DNA of 64,000 bases from a virus. Lineage: Duplodnaviria > Caudoviricetes. The DNA lies in IMG/VR virus record IMGVR_UViG_3300042268_000564; one strand, given 5' to 3'. A model generated the notes under the pieces. It was not told the origin of the DNA, did no database searches, and was given only the letters and a program-made list of their open reading frames with translations. A program made the position numbers and the translations under genes. How positions within the stretch are numbered: the stretch's first letter is position 1; each line of letters opens with the position of its first letter. Below, in pieces: positions 38,821 to 49,485 of this stretch.

Positions 38821-39306
38821 ATGAGCGGAGCAAGAGTAGCTTTAAAATCAATCCCTGAAAAGGGTGTTACAGTTGATGGCGTTGTAGCGGTTCTTCCATC
38901 AGACAAAACCGTTATTACAAGAGAAAAAGTTGCAGCAGGCAAAACTGTTCTTAAAGGACAGGCTGTTGTTTTCACACCCGGCGTTCAGATGACTGTTGAA
39001 GTATCTGTTGCAAATGAAACCAGAGTATTCGCTGGCATCGCCCATTCAAGCGGCACTATGGATACAGCTATGTATGATGGCACAATCGAAATGATTTCCG
39101 TTGTTCGTGGCCCAATCGGTAGAGCACTTCAGGGTGAAGACCTTTCAGCGGCAACTTTTGCCAAAGCAGGAGCCGATGGTAAATTCTACGTGGCAGCAGA
39201 CTTCGCAACTAGCCACGCAAGAATTCGCAAAATGGCTTATGCCGAAAATTTCAATGGCGATGCTATTGTTGGTGCTGATTTTGAATTCAACACTATCGGC
39301 AAGTAA
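38821..39306 (+). CDS. Probable capsid decoration/cement protein
   Basis: 161-aa beta-rich Gly/Ala protein between scaffold and MCP; high-expression codon usage. Confidence 0.6.
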   Translation: MSGARVALKSIPEKGVTVDGVVAVLPSDKTVITREKVAAGKTVLKGQAVVFTPGVQMTVEVSVANETRVFAGIAHSSGTMDTAMYDGTIEMISVVRGPIGRALQGEDLSAATFAKAGADGKFYVAADFATSHARIRKMAYAENFNGDAIVGADFEFNTIGK

Positions 39307-39337
39307 GAGATTCGTAATTTAAAGAAGGAGAATTAAG

Positions 39338-40384
39338 ATGAAGGTAGCATCATTAAACGAAACAAGTAATGAAATTTTCGACGGGAAAGTAAATGCAGCA
39401 ACTTTCCAGAAACTGCTCGAAAATCACGAAGCAGCTATGGCGGCACAGCGTGCAGACGTTGAGCCTATCCTTAGATTGATGGAAAATGACGGTCATTTCA
39501 TCCCCGGCGTTGGCGAACGTATCAAAATCACTCAGCTTCTCTCTTCTGATGACGCTCCAGAGCTGCTTCCAGTAGCTTTCGACGAAAGAATCAGAAGTGC
39601 GCAGCAGAACCTCCAGAACCTCAGACAGTATACTCGCTGGGCATCAGTTGATGGTAAAACAACTTATTTCCCGACTATTACTGCTATGAGACGTTCTTAC
39701 ATCGCTGGCAAAAATAGCTCGCCTGAAAATCATGGTATCATCATGGATACTGTTGATATCACCTGTGAAGATTACGAACAGGCAGCAGCTATTGACAAGA
39801 ACACCATCAAAGACAGCCGCTGGAACGCTCTTGGACTTATCCTTGACGCTGTAGGATATTCTATGAAAATCGGTGAAAACATCGACATCATGGCTTCTTA
39901 CACTGAAGGTGCAAAATTCCAGACAGCAGCAGCAGGCAACCAGTTCAATATCGGTCAGATTTCTGATGTTATTGCGCAGATTGAAGAAACTCAACAGTTC
40001 ATTCCTTCTGTAATGTTCGTTGGCACCGAAATTGGTTCCAAAATCAGAAAAATGCCTGAATTCCAGAACGCAGCTTTCTTCGGCGGAAGAGACATTTGGG
40101 TATCTGGTAAGCTGACAAACCTTTTCGGCTTGCAGATTATCGTTACTCCTTTCCTCGACAGAGACAGAGAAGGTAACAAACGTGCAGACCGCAAAGTTGT
40201 GGTTCTTGACGGTAATTTCCCTTCAATCTTCGCATCTCTCGAAGAAACAACTGTAGGTTCAGAAGACAGCTTCCTCAACAACCTGACTAACACGATTGCT
40301 CGTGAACGCAGACAGATTAAAGTTGTTGACAGCAAGGCTTGTGCCGTTATTAACGGTATCGACCCCGCAACACTGCTTGGCTAA
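39338..40384 (+). CDS. Major capsid protein (HK97 fold)
   Basis: Position; 'IDKNTIKDSRWNAL', 'G.LTNLFGLQIIVT'; strong AAGGAG SD; strong TTC/AAC/ATC codon bias; followed by a terminator. Confidence 0.88.
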   Translation: MKVASLNETSNEIFDGKVNAATFQKLLENHEAAMAAQRADVEPILRLMENDGHFIPGVGERIKITQLLSSDDAPELLPVAFDERIRSAQQNLQNLRQYTRWASVDGKTTYFPTITAMRRSYIAGKNSSPENHGIIMDTVDITCEDYEQAAAIDKNTIKDSRWNALGLILDAVGYSMKIGENIDIMASYTEGAKFQTAAAGNQFNIGQISDVIAQIEETQQFIPSVMFVGTEIGSKIRKMPEFQNAAFFGGRDIWVSGKLTNLFGLQIIVTPFLDRDREGNKRADRKVVVLDGNFPSIFASLEETTVGSEDSFLNNLTNTIARERRQIKVVDSKACAVINGIDPATLLG

Positions 40385-40397
40385 TCTATAGCTAATT

Positions 40398-40430
40398 AAA
40401 AGCCAGAGGTTTTTGCCTCTGGCTTTTTCT
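40398..40430 (+). terminator. Rho-independent terminator after MCP
   Basis: AAAAGCCAGAGG / CCTCTGGCTTTT. Confidence 0.85.
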
Positions 40431-40444
40431 CTATAGGAGACATT

Positions 40445-40834
40445 GTGAGCAAGAAAAAACGATTGCATAAATTAACTAAATATTTACAAAGAGGATGCAG
40501 ATACCGAGGCGCATTTTATGACTTTCTTGGGCGAATGAAGGTAAATGGGGACTGTGAAATTGTAGCTATTTATAAGGATACAAAAATGAGCTGGGACGAG
40601 ATTACGCCAGAGCAGATAAAGGAATATTTAGCCATAGAAACATTGCAGGCTCGTCGGGATTATTTGTTTGAAATAGATTTATTCAAGTTGAAATCACAGT
40701 CTGTGGCGACACAGGTGAGAATAATAGATGAGAACCTTGACGCAGTATTTCTTGCTTTAAACGATTGCTTGGCAGTGGCGGGGATTTACGTGCCGACTGA
40801 GGCAGAGAAAAGAGAGCGCATGTTCAGGCAATAA
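40445..40834 (+). CDS. Hypothetical protein
   Basis: AGGAG SD, GTG start, 129 aa. Confidence 0.55.
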   Translation: MSKKKRLHKLTKYLQRGCRYRGAFYDFLGRMKVNGDCEIVAIYKDTKMSWDEITPEQIKEYLAIETLQARRDYLFEIDLFKLKSQSVATQVRIIDENLDAVFLALNDCLAVAGIYVPTEAEKRERMFRQ

Positions 40835-40861
40835 TAAAGTATTGAATAGAGGTGAGATTCT

Positions 40862-41833
40862 ATGCCAACAAATGATGTTGTAGTTTTAACAAGTTTAGCA
40901 CAAGTGATGCAGGTATTCCCTGAGCCTGCATTGGAAACATTTGAAATTGAGGACTCTAAGATACAGGGTTATATATTGCATGAAAGCGATATTGTTAGAG
41001 GGCTTGTAAATTACAATTATTTGGTTGCTCAACAAAATGATATAGAGATGAGCTTTCAGTCTTATGGCGTGGATGCTACAGGGTTTATTGATTTTGTTTG
41101 GAACCCTGATGCAGTAGGACATCCAGATTTAGTTATTCAGATGTATGAAGGGCCTGATTACTGGTTTGATTGGAATACTAGAACAATGTTGTTAACGCCA
41201 GCTTTCATGATGAAGGTTGTAACATTGTGGAACACTCTTACCGTGCCAGCAACACCTGCTTTAAAAATAACGGATATTAGCGTTCCTGTTGAATTTACCG
41301 TTATTGGTGGCACTTTGGATGGGCAAAGAAAGCGCAGTTACTTTTACGATACTGGTAGATTCAATGATGTTACTCAACAATTATTTTTGAATGATAGTGC
41401 AGTTGACCCATTTATTCAGCGATTAACAGCATTGTTGGTCGTATTGGATATTATTAAATATTGGATAAAGCCTCTTTATCAGATTGATGAAGATACAAAT
41501 ATCGTTGGTGTAGTTTTTAAAGACAAAGATAGCTTGCCCGGTTGGGACCACATGCAGAAACGCTTGGAAAATGCGATAGCAGACATGATGGATGCTATTA
41601 AGAAGTGGGGCATTAAAAACGGAAGGGTTGGGAATGGATTAGGTAGCAATCCTGAAGACCCAAGTTTATTGCGTTCATTGTATGTGGCAACTGCGGTGCG
41701 TGGCTCTGCCACAACATCACCTACAGAATACAGCCCATTTATGGGATGGGATGACCCATTTTTGTTTGAAAGACCTGATAGCGGTTCTGCTGTTGGTGAT
41801 TCAATATTTGGTTACACACAACGTCCTTGGTGA
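40862..41833 (+). CDS. Probable head-tail adaptor/neck protein
   Basis: Position after MCP; N-terminal helical 'SLAQV...IQGYI..ESDIV' pattern of adaptors. Confidence 0.45.
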   Translation: MPTNDVVVLTSLAQVMQVFPEPALETFEIEDSKIQGYILHESDIVRGLVNYNYLVAQQNDIEMSFQSYGVDATGFIDFVWNPDAVGHPDLVIQMYEGPDYWFDWNTRTMLLTPAFMMKVVTLWNTLTVPATPALKITDISVPVEFTVIGGTLDGQRKRSYFYDTGRFNDVTQQLFLNDSAVDPFIQRLTALLVVLDIIKYWIKPLYQIDEDTNIVGVVFKDKDSLPGWDHMQKRLENAIADMMDAIKKWGIKNGRVGNGLGSNPEDPSLLRSLYVATAVRGSATTSPTEYSPFMGWDDPFLFERPDSGSAVGDSIFGYTQRPW

Positions 41834-41841
41834 GGTAGAGA

Positions 41842-42543
41842 ATGGTCAGGGTTCCAAAAAGTTTAGCTGAAACGGGTTATTTCCGTAAAACATTAAGAGA
41901 TAAGAATGTGTATAAATATATGCACAAATTTTATCGCACCTTTCTTAAGCCCGGTCGTGCGAAGCCTTTTAGTATTCGCAGGCAAACTTTGTATACCTGT
42001 CAATATGTTTTTCCACCTCAAAGAGGGTATCCGAAAGGTCGTCCATGTGTAGACGATGTTTATAACTTGCCTGACCCTGATTGTCCCGCTTGCAACGGCA
42101 CAGGTCATCCTCAGCTTTCGGACAAGTGGCGAGAAGTGAGAGTTATGGGTTTGTTGGCCCCTATGGGAACTGATACGCAGAATCCTTATTTGTTCGGGCA
42201 AGTTGATATGACCCAAAGAAAGCTTGTTTGCGGGTTGCCGATATCGCCGACATATACAGAGCTGTATGGTTTAAAGCCTAAAACAGATGTTCTTGATAAA
42301 GCTGGAAATACTATAGAGACAGATGTCTTTATCGGATATAAGCTTGAGTTGGATGATGTGATTGTGTGGGAAGAAACTTATTTTGATGGCTTGGTCGAAA
42401 GGACAAAAGTAACCGAATACATTATCACTGGTTTCTCAATGGAAAACATAGAAGTTGGCTATTTTAGAACAACACAAGTTGCGATATTAACGCAGAAAAA
42501 TGTGAATAGCCCAACTACGCCTCAGCCTCGATTTGGTGGTTAA
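41842..42543 (+). CDS. Probable head closure/neck protein with zinc knuckle
   Basis: C..C..CPACNGTG; position in the neck module. Confidence 0.5.
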   Translation: MVRVPKSLAETGYFRKTLRDKNVYKYMHKFYRTFLKPGRAKPFSIRRQTLYTCQYVFPPQRGYPKGRPCVDDVYNLPDPDCPACNGTGHPQLSDKWREVRVMGLLAPMGTDTQNPYLFGQVDMTQRKLVCGLPISPTYTELYGLKPKTDVLDKAGNTIETDVFIGYKLELDDVIVWEETYFDGLVERTKVTEYIITGFSMENIEVGYFRTTQVAILTQKNVNSPTTPQPRFGG

Positions 42544-42545
42544 GA

Positions 42546-43016
42546 ATGATAACTGGTTCGTTAAATATAACTAGGGTGCTCGGCTTTGTAAAGAAGATGA
42601 AGGAGATGGCATCGAAACTTGCCGATGCCCTTGACGACAGTAATACGCAGGAACAGGTACAAGAGATAATTTTGCAGGAAATACATGCTGCAATAGATGA
42701 GGTTGGGCTAACTACAAATACGGGACATTTGAAATCGAGTTTTAAGTTTGTCGGGGTAGAAAAGGGGCAAACAACAGTTACTTATAAAGTAATAAGCACG
42801 GCAAGATATGCGAGTTATTTAAACGATGGTTCGGCTCCGTCATATGGTAGATATGTGCCTGCGATAGGGAAGCGGCTTATTAATGGTGAGGCAGGTATGC
42901 ATCCGGGGAATAGACCTTATCGTTTTATGGAACTTGCGCAGCGCAGGGTTGCCGAACGATTAAGACCAACTTTGACGCAACAGATTACGAGTTTTATAAA
43001 GAAATGGTTGAGTTGA
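42546..43016 (+). CDS. HK97 gp10-like neck/tail completion protein
   Basis: 'TGHLKSS...ARYASYLNDG...HPG.RPYRFM' motifs. Confidence 0.75.
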   Translation: MITGSLNITRVLGFVKKMKEMASKLADALDDSNTQEQVQEIILQEIHAAIDEVGLTTNTGHLKSSFKFVGVEKGQTTVTYKVISTARYASYLNDGSAPSYGRYVPAIGKRLINGEAGMHPGNRPYRFMELAQRRVAERLRPTLTQQITSFIKKWLS

Positions 43017-43017
43017 T

Positions 43018-44094
43018 ATGGAACTTTCATATATAGAAGCTTGGGTAAGAATGTTGAGGCTGCTGTATTCCAGAGGTAGAGCTGACACCGAAAGAACAAT
43101 GGCAGTTACGGTTAATGCAGGTTTCCCTTTTGCTGATGTGGCTGAAAATGCTAATTTGCCGAATGACCCGTATTATGCAAGTGGGACGTCCAGCTCTGTG
43201 AATAGAACTGTTGATAGACGAACAGTTCAGCCGCCAGAAGTGTCTGTTCATGATGCTGGGGCAAATTTCCCAAAGAAATATCAAGACAACTTTATATCAA
43301 ATCTCTATTCAAGAGATGTAGTGTTGCCGCCAGAACTTGTAGGGACAGTTGCTCTTGTTAAAAATGTAATGCTTGAAAGACCCGATGGGACATTGAGAGT
43401 GTTAATAGAGAATGAGCACTACAGATTCGATGCAGAGCAGAATATAATCACATTTTTTGTCGAGTTTTTTGACTATGCACCTATTGGTGCCAATGTGCAA
43501 TATACCTGCGAGTTGTATTCCGAAACTTTATGTGGCGTAAATGAGTTAGTTCTTACAAGCCAAATATTAGCAGGTGAAGTAATTGGGGCAATCTATTCTC
43601 TCGAAGGCGACGTATCTGTTCAAGTCGATTTTTGGGGAAGTGACCCGAAACAGACAGAGTGGATGCTCCAGAGATTTAGAAATTTGTGGATTAATGAGCG
43701 CAAGCTGCGCAGGTCATTGGCTGCTCAGGGGCTGATTACAATGAATTTGTCTTGGACTCATGGTGGGACATCAAAAAGCCTTGATAAAAATTTGCGTCCA
43801 TATCTGTATAACATCTCGGCAATGGTTAAATTTACTACTGAATACCGAGTAATGGAACTTGCAGAACAATATGTTGCTGACTTTGACAATTTCAGTGCAG
43901 GCAGTAATTGGTTGGGCACTATTGCCCCATCATTCCAAGCGGAGCCTATCAGAGAAGTGGCAGCAAAATTAGTATTGGAACCATTCAGATTGAGAATGGT
44001 TATCCCTTGGGGGAATGACAATAAATTATTAAATACGGGAGATGCGTCCTACGGTGTTCATAACACTATGGGACAAATTACCTTTAAGACTTAA
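43018..44094 (+). CDS. Probable tail terminator/completion protein
   Basis: Position before the sheaths; 'QVDFWG' beta motif. Confidence 0.45.
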   Translation: MELSYIEAWVRMLRLLYSRGRADTERTMAVTVNAGFPFADVAENANLPNDPYYASGTSSSVNRTVDRRTVQPPEVSVHDAGANFPKKYQDNFISNLYSRDVVLPPELVGTVALVKNVMLERPDGTLRVLIENEHYRFDAEQNIITFFVEFFDYAPIGANVQYTCELYSETLCGVNELVLTSQILAGEVIGAIYSLEGDVSVQVDFWGSDPKQTEWMLQRFRNLWINERKLRRSLAAQGLITMNLSWTHGGTSKSLDKNLRPYLYNISAMVKFTTEYRVMELAEQYVADFDNFSAGSNWLGTIAPSFQAEPIREVAAKLVLEPFRLRMVIPWGNDNKLLNTGDASYGVHNTMGQITFKT

Positions 44095-44109
44095 GCGAGG
44101 AGATTAACG

Positions 44110-44328
44110 ATGGCAGCAGAAGTGCAAAGAACAATCGGTTACTGGAAGGAATTCTTCAAAGGCGACAAAAAGAAAATGATGCTTTTGACAGCTTTCATCC
44201 ATGAGAAGAAATTGACTACAGCTTCCAAGTATACATTGAAAGAACTGGAAGATGGAATGACTCTTTTGGGAAACAGATGTCTGCATGATTCAGACAAATG
44301 CCTGTTTAACACAAGACGTGACATGTAA
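44110..44328 (+). CDS. Small hypothetical protein
   Basis: GAGGAG SD, 72 aa, at the position of small pre-sheath proteins. Confidence 0.55.
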   Translation: MAAEVQRTIGYWKEFFKGDKKKMMLLTAFIHEKKLTTASKYTLKELEDGMTLLGNRCLHDSDKCLFNTRRDM

Positions 44329-44335
44329 TTAACGG

Positions 44336-46465
44336 ATGTCATTAAAGCCCTATACTTCATTAGTTGTCTCTCAGCGAAATGCTGACGTAATAGGCAAGCA
44401 ACCCGACGTCGTCTATATGCTGGCTCCCGCTCTCAAGGGCGGAGCCAAGCTTGACGATAGCGGGAATATTGTATATGGCGAAAATGGCTTTCAGGTATTT
44501 GGGGCTTCAGAGGCTTTTTCGAGTCTGCCTGCGTTCGAGTATGAATTTGGCAATGCCGCTGATGGGAGTCCTGCATCTGTTTATGCGAAGTGGATATATG
44601 ACCACGGAAACTTTAATATCCGATGCAGAAGGATTGTCGGAAGTGACCTTAATTATGCAACGACTGTGTTAAAGAATGAATATGGACAAGATGTATTGCA
44701 GGTGAGGTCGGAGGTTCAGGAAGAATCAGGCAATAAGATTTTTGTTGATGTGGACAAGAGTTCTGGCGTGGAAGGTTTTCTTTATTCCACTAATGCCTAT
44801 TTTGATGCAAGTCTTAAAAGGTTATATGTAGGGAAACAATATTTACCGACAGACATTTTAACTTTTAAGGGAAGGGTTGCAGACCAACCTCTTTTGGTTG
44901 AGTTTTTTGGTGGCAGTGCAAATGAGTTTAATTTGTTTGCATGGAACAGAATACTTCATGCAACTGATGAGTCGGGGCAGTCATATTCTTACGTTACTGT
45001 TACTCCGACTGGGCTTGAGTTTACTTATGATGTTGGTACAAAGCAATTTGTATTCGGCGAGAACGTTACAGGACGAGTTGACATCCTTGTCGAGGCTGTT
45101 TTTGGCGAGGCAGTCAAGGTTTGTACGTGGATGGCAGGCAATACTTTTTCTTTTGATTTTGATGATATTCAATTTGACGGGCTTTATCTCAATGGCGTTG
45201 GTGAGGTTAATAATATAACCAAGAATAAATATTTGCGGTTATACAATGAAGCCCCCGACCAAGAGACAGTGATTTCATTTGAAGAAACATTAGATTTAAG
45301 AAAGATGCTCACTGTCAAAAATAGTATCCGAACAGAGACATACTTTTTGGACGAGCCAATCGATTTGATGAATGAGATAAATCTTCGTTCTCGTCTGGTA
45401 GCCGCAGATTTGCTTGTTAATGATTCATTTGTTGCAGAATTTTTTCCTGAGCAGGTATTGCAGCCCATTGGGTTCAAGTTGGCAGCTTACGACGGAAATT
45501 TTTTAAACTTGTATGACAATCTCAGAAGTGTAGCAGATGCAGCAGAGATTGATACGGGGCTTATAAGAACTACAGTGATGGGGGGTAGTTATGATGCGCC
45601 AGCTTTATCTATGGGCAATCAGTTGTCGGGTGGCAGTTCAGGGTTAGATGCGACATTGGCGGATTATCTGGAAGCGTTGGTTGAAGCAGGCTCTTTGAAT
45701 GATATTACCATAGTCATAGCACCCGGCGTTGATGATGCTACCATGCACATGCTGCTTGGCGACCATTGTCAAGAAATGTTCGGGCATGGGAAATACAGGA
45801 TAAGTATTGGCGGCGTGGGACTCGGTGAAACATTAGAAGAAAAAGTTGCTCGAACAAGCATACTTAATAACGAAAGGTTTTCTTTAATAGGTGATGGGTT
45901 GCAATTGAAAGACCCCGTTACTGGCGTTAAGAGGATGTTTTCTGGTTCTATTGCCGTAGCACCTTTTGTAGGACAGCTTTTGGCTCAGAATTATTACACA
46001 TCACTTACGAATCAGACATTAAGGAATGCGTATAACGTAGAGAATCATTACGATGATGCGCAACACAATGTTTTACATGAAGCCAGAATGATTACCTTTT
46101 ATTTCGATGCTGGTGTGAAAATCGTCGACGCTATTACAACGTCAACTTACAACGCCTATGAAGATATCCATATGTTAAGGATTTTTGATGCAGTAAGTCA
46201 TAGTTTACAAGTCGTAATGAAGGGTAACGTAGGCGAGGTCAACATGCCGCCACGTTGGGGATACATTTTGGCGAAAATGCAAAAGTATTTAGAGACACTT
46301 GTAAGTGTCGGGGCAATTTCGGATTTTAAATTATTGAATGAGGTTCGTGCGGAAGACATAGTTTCCAAGCGGTTCAGATTCAGAGTCGGGGTTATACCTG
46401 TGTTCCCTGTGAAATACATAGAGGGATTTGTAGATATTGTGCCACCTACATTTGTTCAGGTGTAA
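44336..46465 (+). CDS. Tail sheath protein 1
   Basis: 'LSGG..G', 'DYLEAL', 'SLTNQ', 'I..LRIFD', 'PVFPVKYI' sheath C-terminal motifs. Confidence 0.85.
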   Translation: MSLKPYTSLVVSQRNADVIGKQPDVVYMLAPALKGGAKLDDSGNIVYGENGFQVFGASEAFSSLPAFEYEFGNAADGSPASVYAKWIYDHGNFNIRCRRIVGSDLNYATTVLKNEYGQDVLQVRSEVQEESGNKIFVDVDKSSGVEGFLYSTNAYFDASLKRLYVGKQYLPTDILTFKGRVADQPLLVEFFGGSANEFNLFAWNRILHATDESGQSYSYVTVTPTGLEFTYDVGTKQFVFGENVTGRVDILVEAVFGEAVKVCTWMAGNTFSFDFDDIQFDGLYLNGVGEVNNITKNKYLRLYNEAPDQETVISFEETLDLRKMLTVKNSIRTETYFLDEPIDLMNEINLRSRLVAADLLVNDSFVAEFFPEQVLQPIGFKLAAYDGNFLNLYDNLRSVADAAEIDTGLIRTTVMGGSYDAPALSMGNQLSGGSSGLDATLADYLEALVEAGSLNDITIVIAPGVDDATMHMLLGDHCQEMFGHGKYRISIGGVGLGETLEEKVARTSILNNERFSLIGDGLQLKDPVTGVKRMFSGSIAVAPFVGQLLAQNYYTSLTNQTLRNAYNVENHYDDAQHNVLHEARMITFYFDAGVKIVDAITTSTYNAYEDIHMLRIFDAVSHSLQVVMKGNVGEVNMPPRWGYILAKMQKYLETLVSVGAISDFKLLNEVRAEDIVSKRFRFRVGVIPVFPVKYIEGFVDIVPPTFVQV

Positions 46466-46543
46466 GAAAGCGGCAATAGGTTTGAAAATATTATTTTGAA
46501 CGTTATTAACAATTAACGTGACAAGAAGCAGGAGGAACGAGAA

Positions 46544-48781
46544 ATGTCAAATATACCTTATACCAGTCTCGTAGTCAATCCTGACGGGCTGGAGACTCTC
46601 GGTGGTCGCACGCCAGATGTAATTTACATGATGGCACCAGCACTCAAGGGTGGCGAAAAATTAGACGATGACGGTGTGCCTGTAATTGATATCAATGGAA
46701 ACACAGTTTTCAGAGATAAAATTTTCAGCACAAGAGAGAGTTTTGAACGGGAATTCGGACGGGCAAGAGATGGCAGCCAAGCATCAATCTACGCTAAGTG
46801 GATTTATGATAAAGGTAAATATGCTATTCGTTGCCGCCGTGTTGCAAGCAGTGATTTGGCTTATGCAACCGCAGCTCTTAAAAATGAAGCTGGCGATGAT
46901 ATTCTTCAAGTTAAATCAAGAGCGCAGAGCACATTCGCAAATGAAATTTTTGTAGATGTTGACGGCTCTACAAACAGAGAAGCTTATTTGGTTAAACCAA
47001 ATGCAGCTTTTGACCCTGCATTGATGGTTCTCGAAACCAATGAAGTTTATAGCGCAGTTGACAGACTTTTCTTTGAAGGTAAAAGACTGAGCGACAACCT
47101 TCCTTTCAGAATTGAATTTTACGGTGATGGTAGCACTCAGAATTTTGAACTTTTTAACTGGAGTCCAGTTTCAGGTTCAGCTCCTTTTATCGTAACTGAT
47201 GGACAGACAACCTTTGATTATGCCGGTCCAGACATGGCTGTTATCGACATTCCTGCCGGACAGTATTCTTATGATACTGCCACTAAGGAACTTAGATTCG
47301 GTAGCGCACCTGTGCTTGGCTCACATAATCTTTTGGTTAATACTCTTTGCCCATTTGGCGAAGCAAGATTGACTATGTCATCTAATGGCACTGCTCAGGT
47401 TTACAATATTGATTTCGCAATCAATGATGTAGATTTCTTGGCATTGTATGTTAATGGTATTGGCGCACAGTATGACCAGAAATATTTGAAGCTTGTTCGC
47501 TTGTATACAACTTCACAGTTCGTTTCAATGCGTGGGCTTACAGTAACAGTTGGCGCAGGAACTAACGTTGATACAATTAAGCTTACAATCGTTGCAGGAA
47601 CTGGCGTAAGCATGAAGGCAGAGGTTTATGACAATCTTGCTACTCTGGCAGATGTTGTGAATCAGGTTAATGTTTCTTCATCATTGGTTTTGGCAGAAAT
47701 TCTTGTGAATAATATGAATCAGTTGCCAGCAATGTGTACTGAAGTAGCTTTCTTGCCTATCGGGATTATGCTGACCATTCGCAATGGCAATGAAGTTGAA
47801 AAATTCGATGACCTTAGAGATGCAGAAGACATCTCTATGAAATTAAATGATGGCGCAAATGGTTCTGACCTCGTAACTATGGAAGTTATTGGTTCGGCAA
47901 ATCATGAATTGCCATCACTTGAGTCAGATGTTCAGCTTTCAGGTGGACGTTCTGGCGACAATCCAACAATTATTGATTATCTTGACGCTCTTGCTGAAGC
48001 AGCGGCTGTTAAAGATGTAACAATCATGATTGCCCCCGGCGTAGAAGATGAAGCTTTCCATGCTCTTATGAAAGATGAATGTGAAGCCTCGTCAAGCATC
48101 GGTGATTATCGTATCGCTTTCGCAGGTGTTGGACTTGGTGAATCACTTGAAAGAAAACAGCAGCGCACAAGAATCCTCAACAGTGAAAGATTGTCGATGA
48201 TTGGTGACGGTTTGTATCTTGTAAGTGCGTATGATGGACGCAGAAGATTATATTCTGGTGCTGTAGGGGTTTGCCCATTCGTAGCGCAGATTATTAGTCA
48301 GAAATTCTTCGTGTGCCATACTTACAAATACTTGTCTAACGCTTATGGCGTTGAACACGAGTATGATGATGCGCAGCATCAGGTATTGCATGATGCCAGA
48401 TTGATTACTTTCCGCATCAATAATGGCATTCAGATTATTGACGCTATCACAACATCAACCATTATGGCTTATGAAGATATCCATATGGTTAGAACTTATG
48501 ATGTGGTTAGCAGGGGTATCAGAAAGGCTATGGAAAAAGCCATTGGCAAATCCAATATGCCGCCTACTTGGGGTTGGGTGCTTGGAATGATTCAAAAATT
48601 CCTTGAAAGCCTGAGAAATATCGGGGCAATCATGGATTTCAGACTTCTTAATGAAGTTTCTATCCAAGACATCGTTGAAAAACGATTCAGATTCCGTGTA
48701 GGGCTTATCCCTGTATTCCCAATCAAGTATGTAGAAGCGGAACTTGATATTATCCCGCCAACCTACGTGCCAACCAGCTAA
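46544..48781 (+). CDS. Tail sheath protein 2 (probably the major one)
   Basis: Full-length paralog of sheath 1; strong AGGAGG SD. Confidence 0.88.
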   Translation: MSNIPYTSLVVNPDGLETLGGRTPDVIYMMAPALKGGEKLDDDGVPVIDINGNTVFRDKIFSTRESFEREFGRARDGSQASIYAKWIYDKGKYAIRCRRVASSDLAYATAALKNEAGDDILQVKSRAQSTFANEIFVDVDGSTNREAYLVKPNAAFDPALMVLETNEVYSAVDRLFFEGKRLSDNLPFRIEFYGDGSTQNFELFNWSPVSGSAPFIVTDGQTTFDYAGPDMAVIDIPAGQYSYDTATKELRFGSAPVLGSHNLLVNTLCPFGEARLTMSSNGTAQVYNIDFAINDVDFLALYVNGIGAQYDQKYLKLVRLYTTSQFVSMRGLTVTVGAGTNVDTIKLTIVAGTGVSMKAEVYDNLATLADVVNQVNVSSSLVLAEILVNNMNQLPAMCTEVAFLPIGIMLTIRNGNEVEKFDDLRDAEDISMKLNDGANGSDLVTMEVIGSANHELPSLESDVQLSGGRSGDNPTIIDYLDALAEAAAVKDVTIMIAPGVEDEAFHALMKDECEASSSIGDYRIAFAGVGLGESLERKQQRTRILNSERLSMIGDGLYLVSAYDGRRRLYSGAVGVCPFVAQIISQKFFVCHTYKYLSNAYGVEHEYDDAQHQVLHDARLITFRINNGIQIIDAITTSTIMAYEDIHMVRTYDVVSRGIRKAMEKAIGKSNMPPTWGWVLGMIQKFLESLRNIGAIMDFRLLNEVSIQDIVEKRFRFRVGLIPVFPIKYVEAELDIIPPTYVPTS

Positions 48782-48798
48782 TAACTGGAACAAACTAA

Positions 48799-48820
48799 AG
48801 GGGCTGTTCAGACAGCCCCT
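48799..48820 (+). other. Hairpin between sheath 2 and tube, with no T-tract
   Basis: AGGGGCTGT-TCAG-ACAGCCCCT. Confidence 0.6.
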
Positions 48821-48849
48821 AACTTAAAGACTATGGAAGGAGTCACATC

Positions 48850-49485
48850 ATGAGTTTAATGAGATATGAACGTGAAAATAATCTCGTAGACGAAGCTCCG
48901 GGTCCGGGAGTGAATGAGCCAGCGATTTTCTCTGGCGCAGACGGGATGATTATGTTTGACGGCGAGCCAATGGCAAGACGTGTTGAAAGCTCAGTTGAAA
49001 TCGGTCTCGACTGGGACGAAGTATATTTCCAAGGGCAATACACAGTAGGTGCTTTGGTTCTTAAATCAATCAAGATTACTGGTGGTATCAAACAAGCTAC
49101 AGCCAACCTTAATGTTCTGAAAAAGTTCGTTGGCATGTCGCCTGCCGATGGCACAAGAGATGATGCAACAATCCGTGATGTAAGATATATCGCACCAGTT
49201 GATATTATTCTTATTCTGGACAAATCTATGCTTCCTCCGAACATTGCTTCTTATGAAGCGATATTGGTGTTCAATGCTGTTATGAACAGCTTCTCAATGC
49301 CAACTGCCGCAGCGAGCACAGTATTTAATGACCAGAAATGGACAGCATCGAACCTGAGCTTTAAAACTGGCACACCTATGGATAGCCTTAAACTTGTTGG
49401 TAATGAATTTGTTGCCAATGAATATGTTAATCGCAATATCCCAGAAGGTGGACGTGCTGGTGGTGAGGTTAACACTATTTGGTAA
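48850..49485 (+). CDS. Tail tube protein
   Basis: Follows the sheaths; 'SGADG', 'ITGGI' beta-sandwich pattern; followed by a terminator. Confidence 0.75.
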   Translation: MSLMRYERENNLVDEAPGPGVNEPAIFSGADGMIMFDGEPMARRVESSVEIGLDWDEVYFQGQYTVGALVLKSIKITGGIKQATANLNVLKKFVGMSPADGTRDDATIRDVRYIAPVDIILILDKSMLPPNIASYEAILVFNAVMNSFSMPTAAASTVFNDQKWTASNLSFKTGTPMDSLKLVGNEFVANEYVNRNIPEGGRAGGEVNTIW

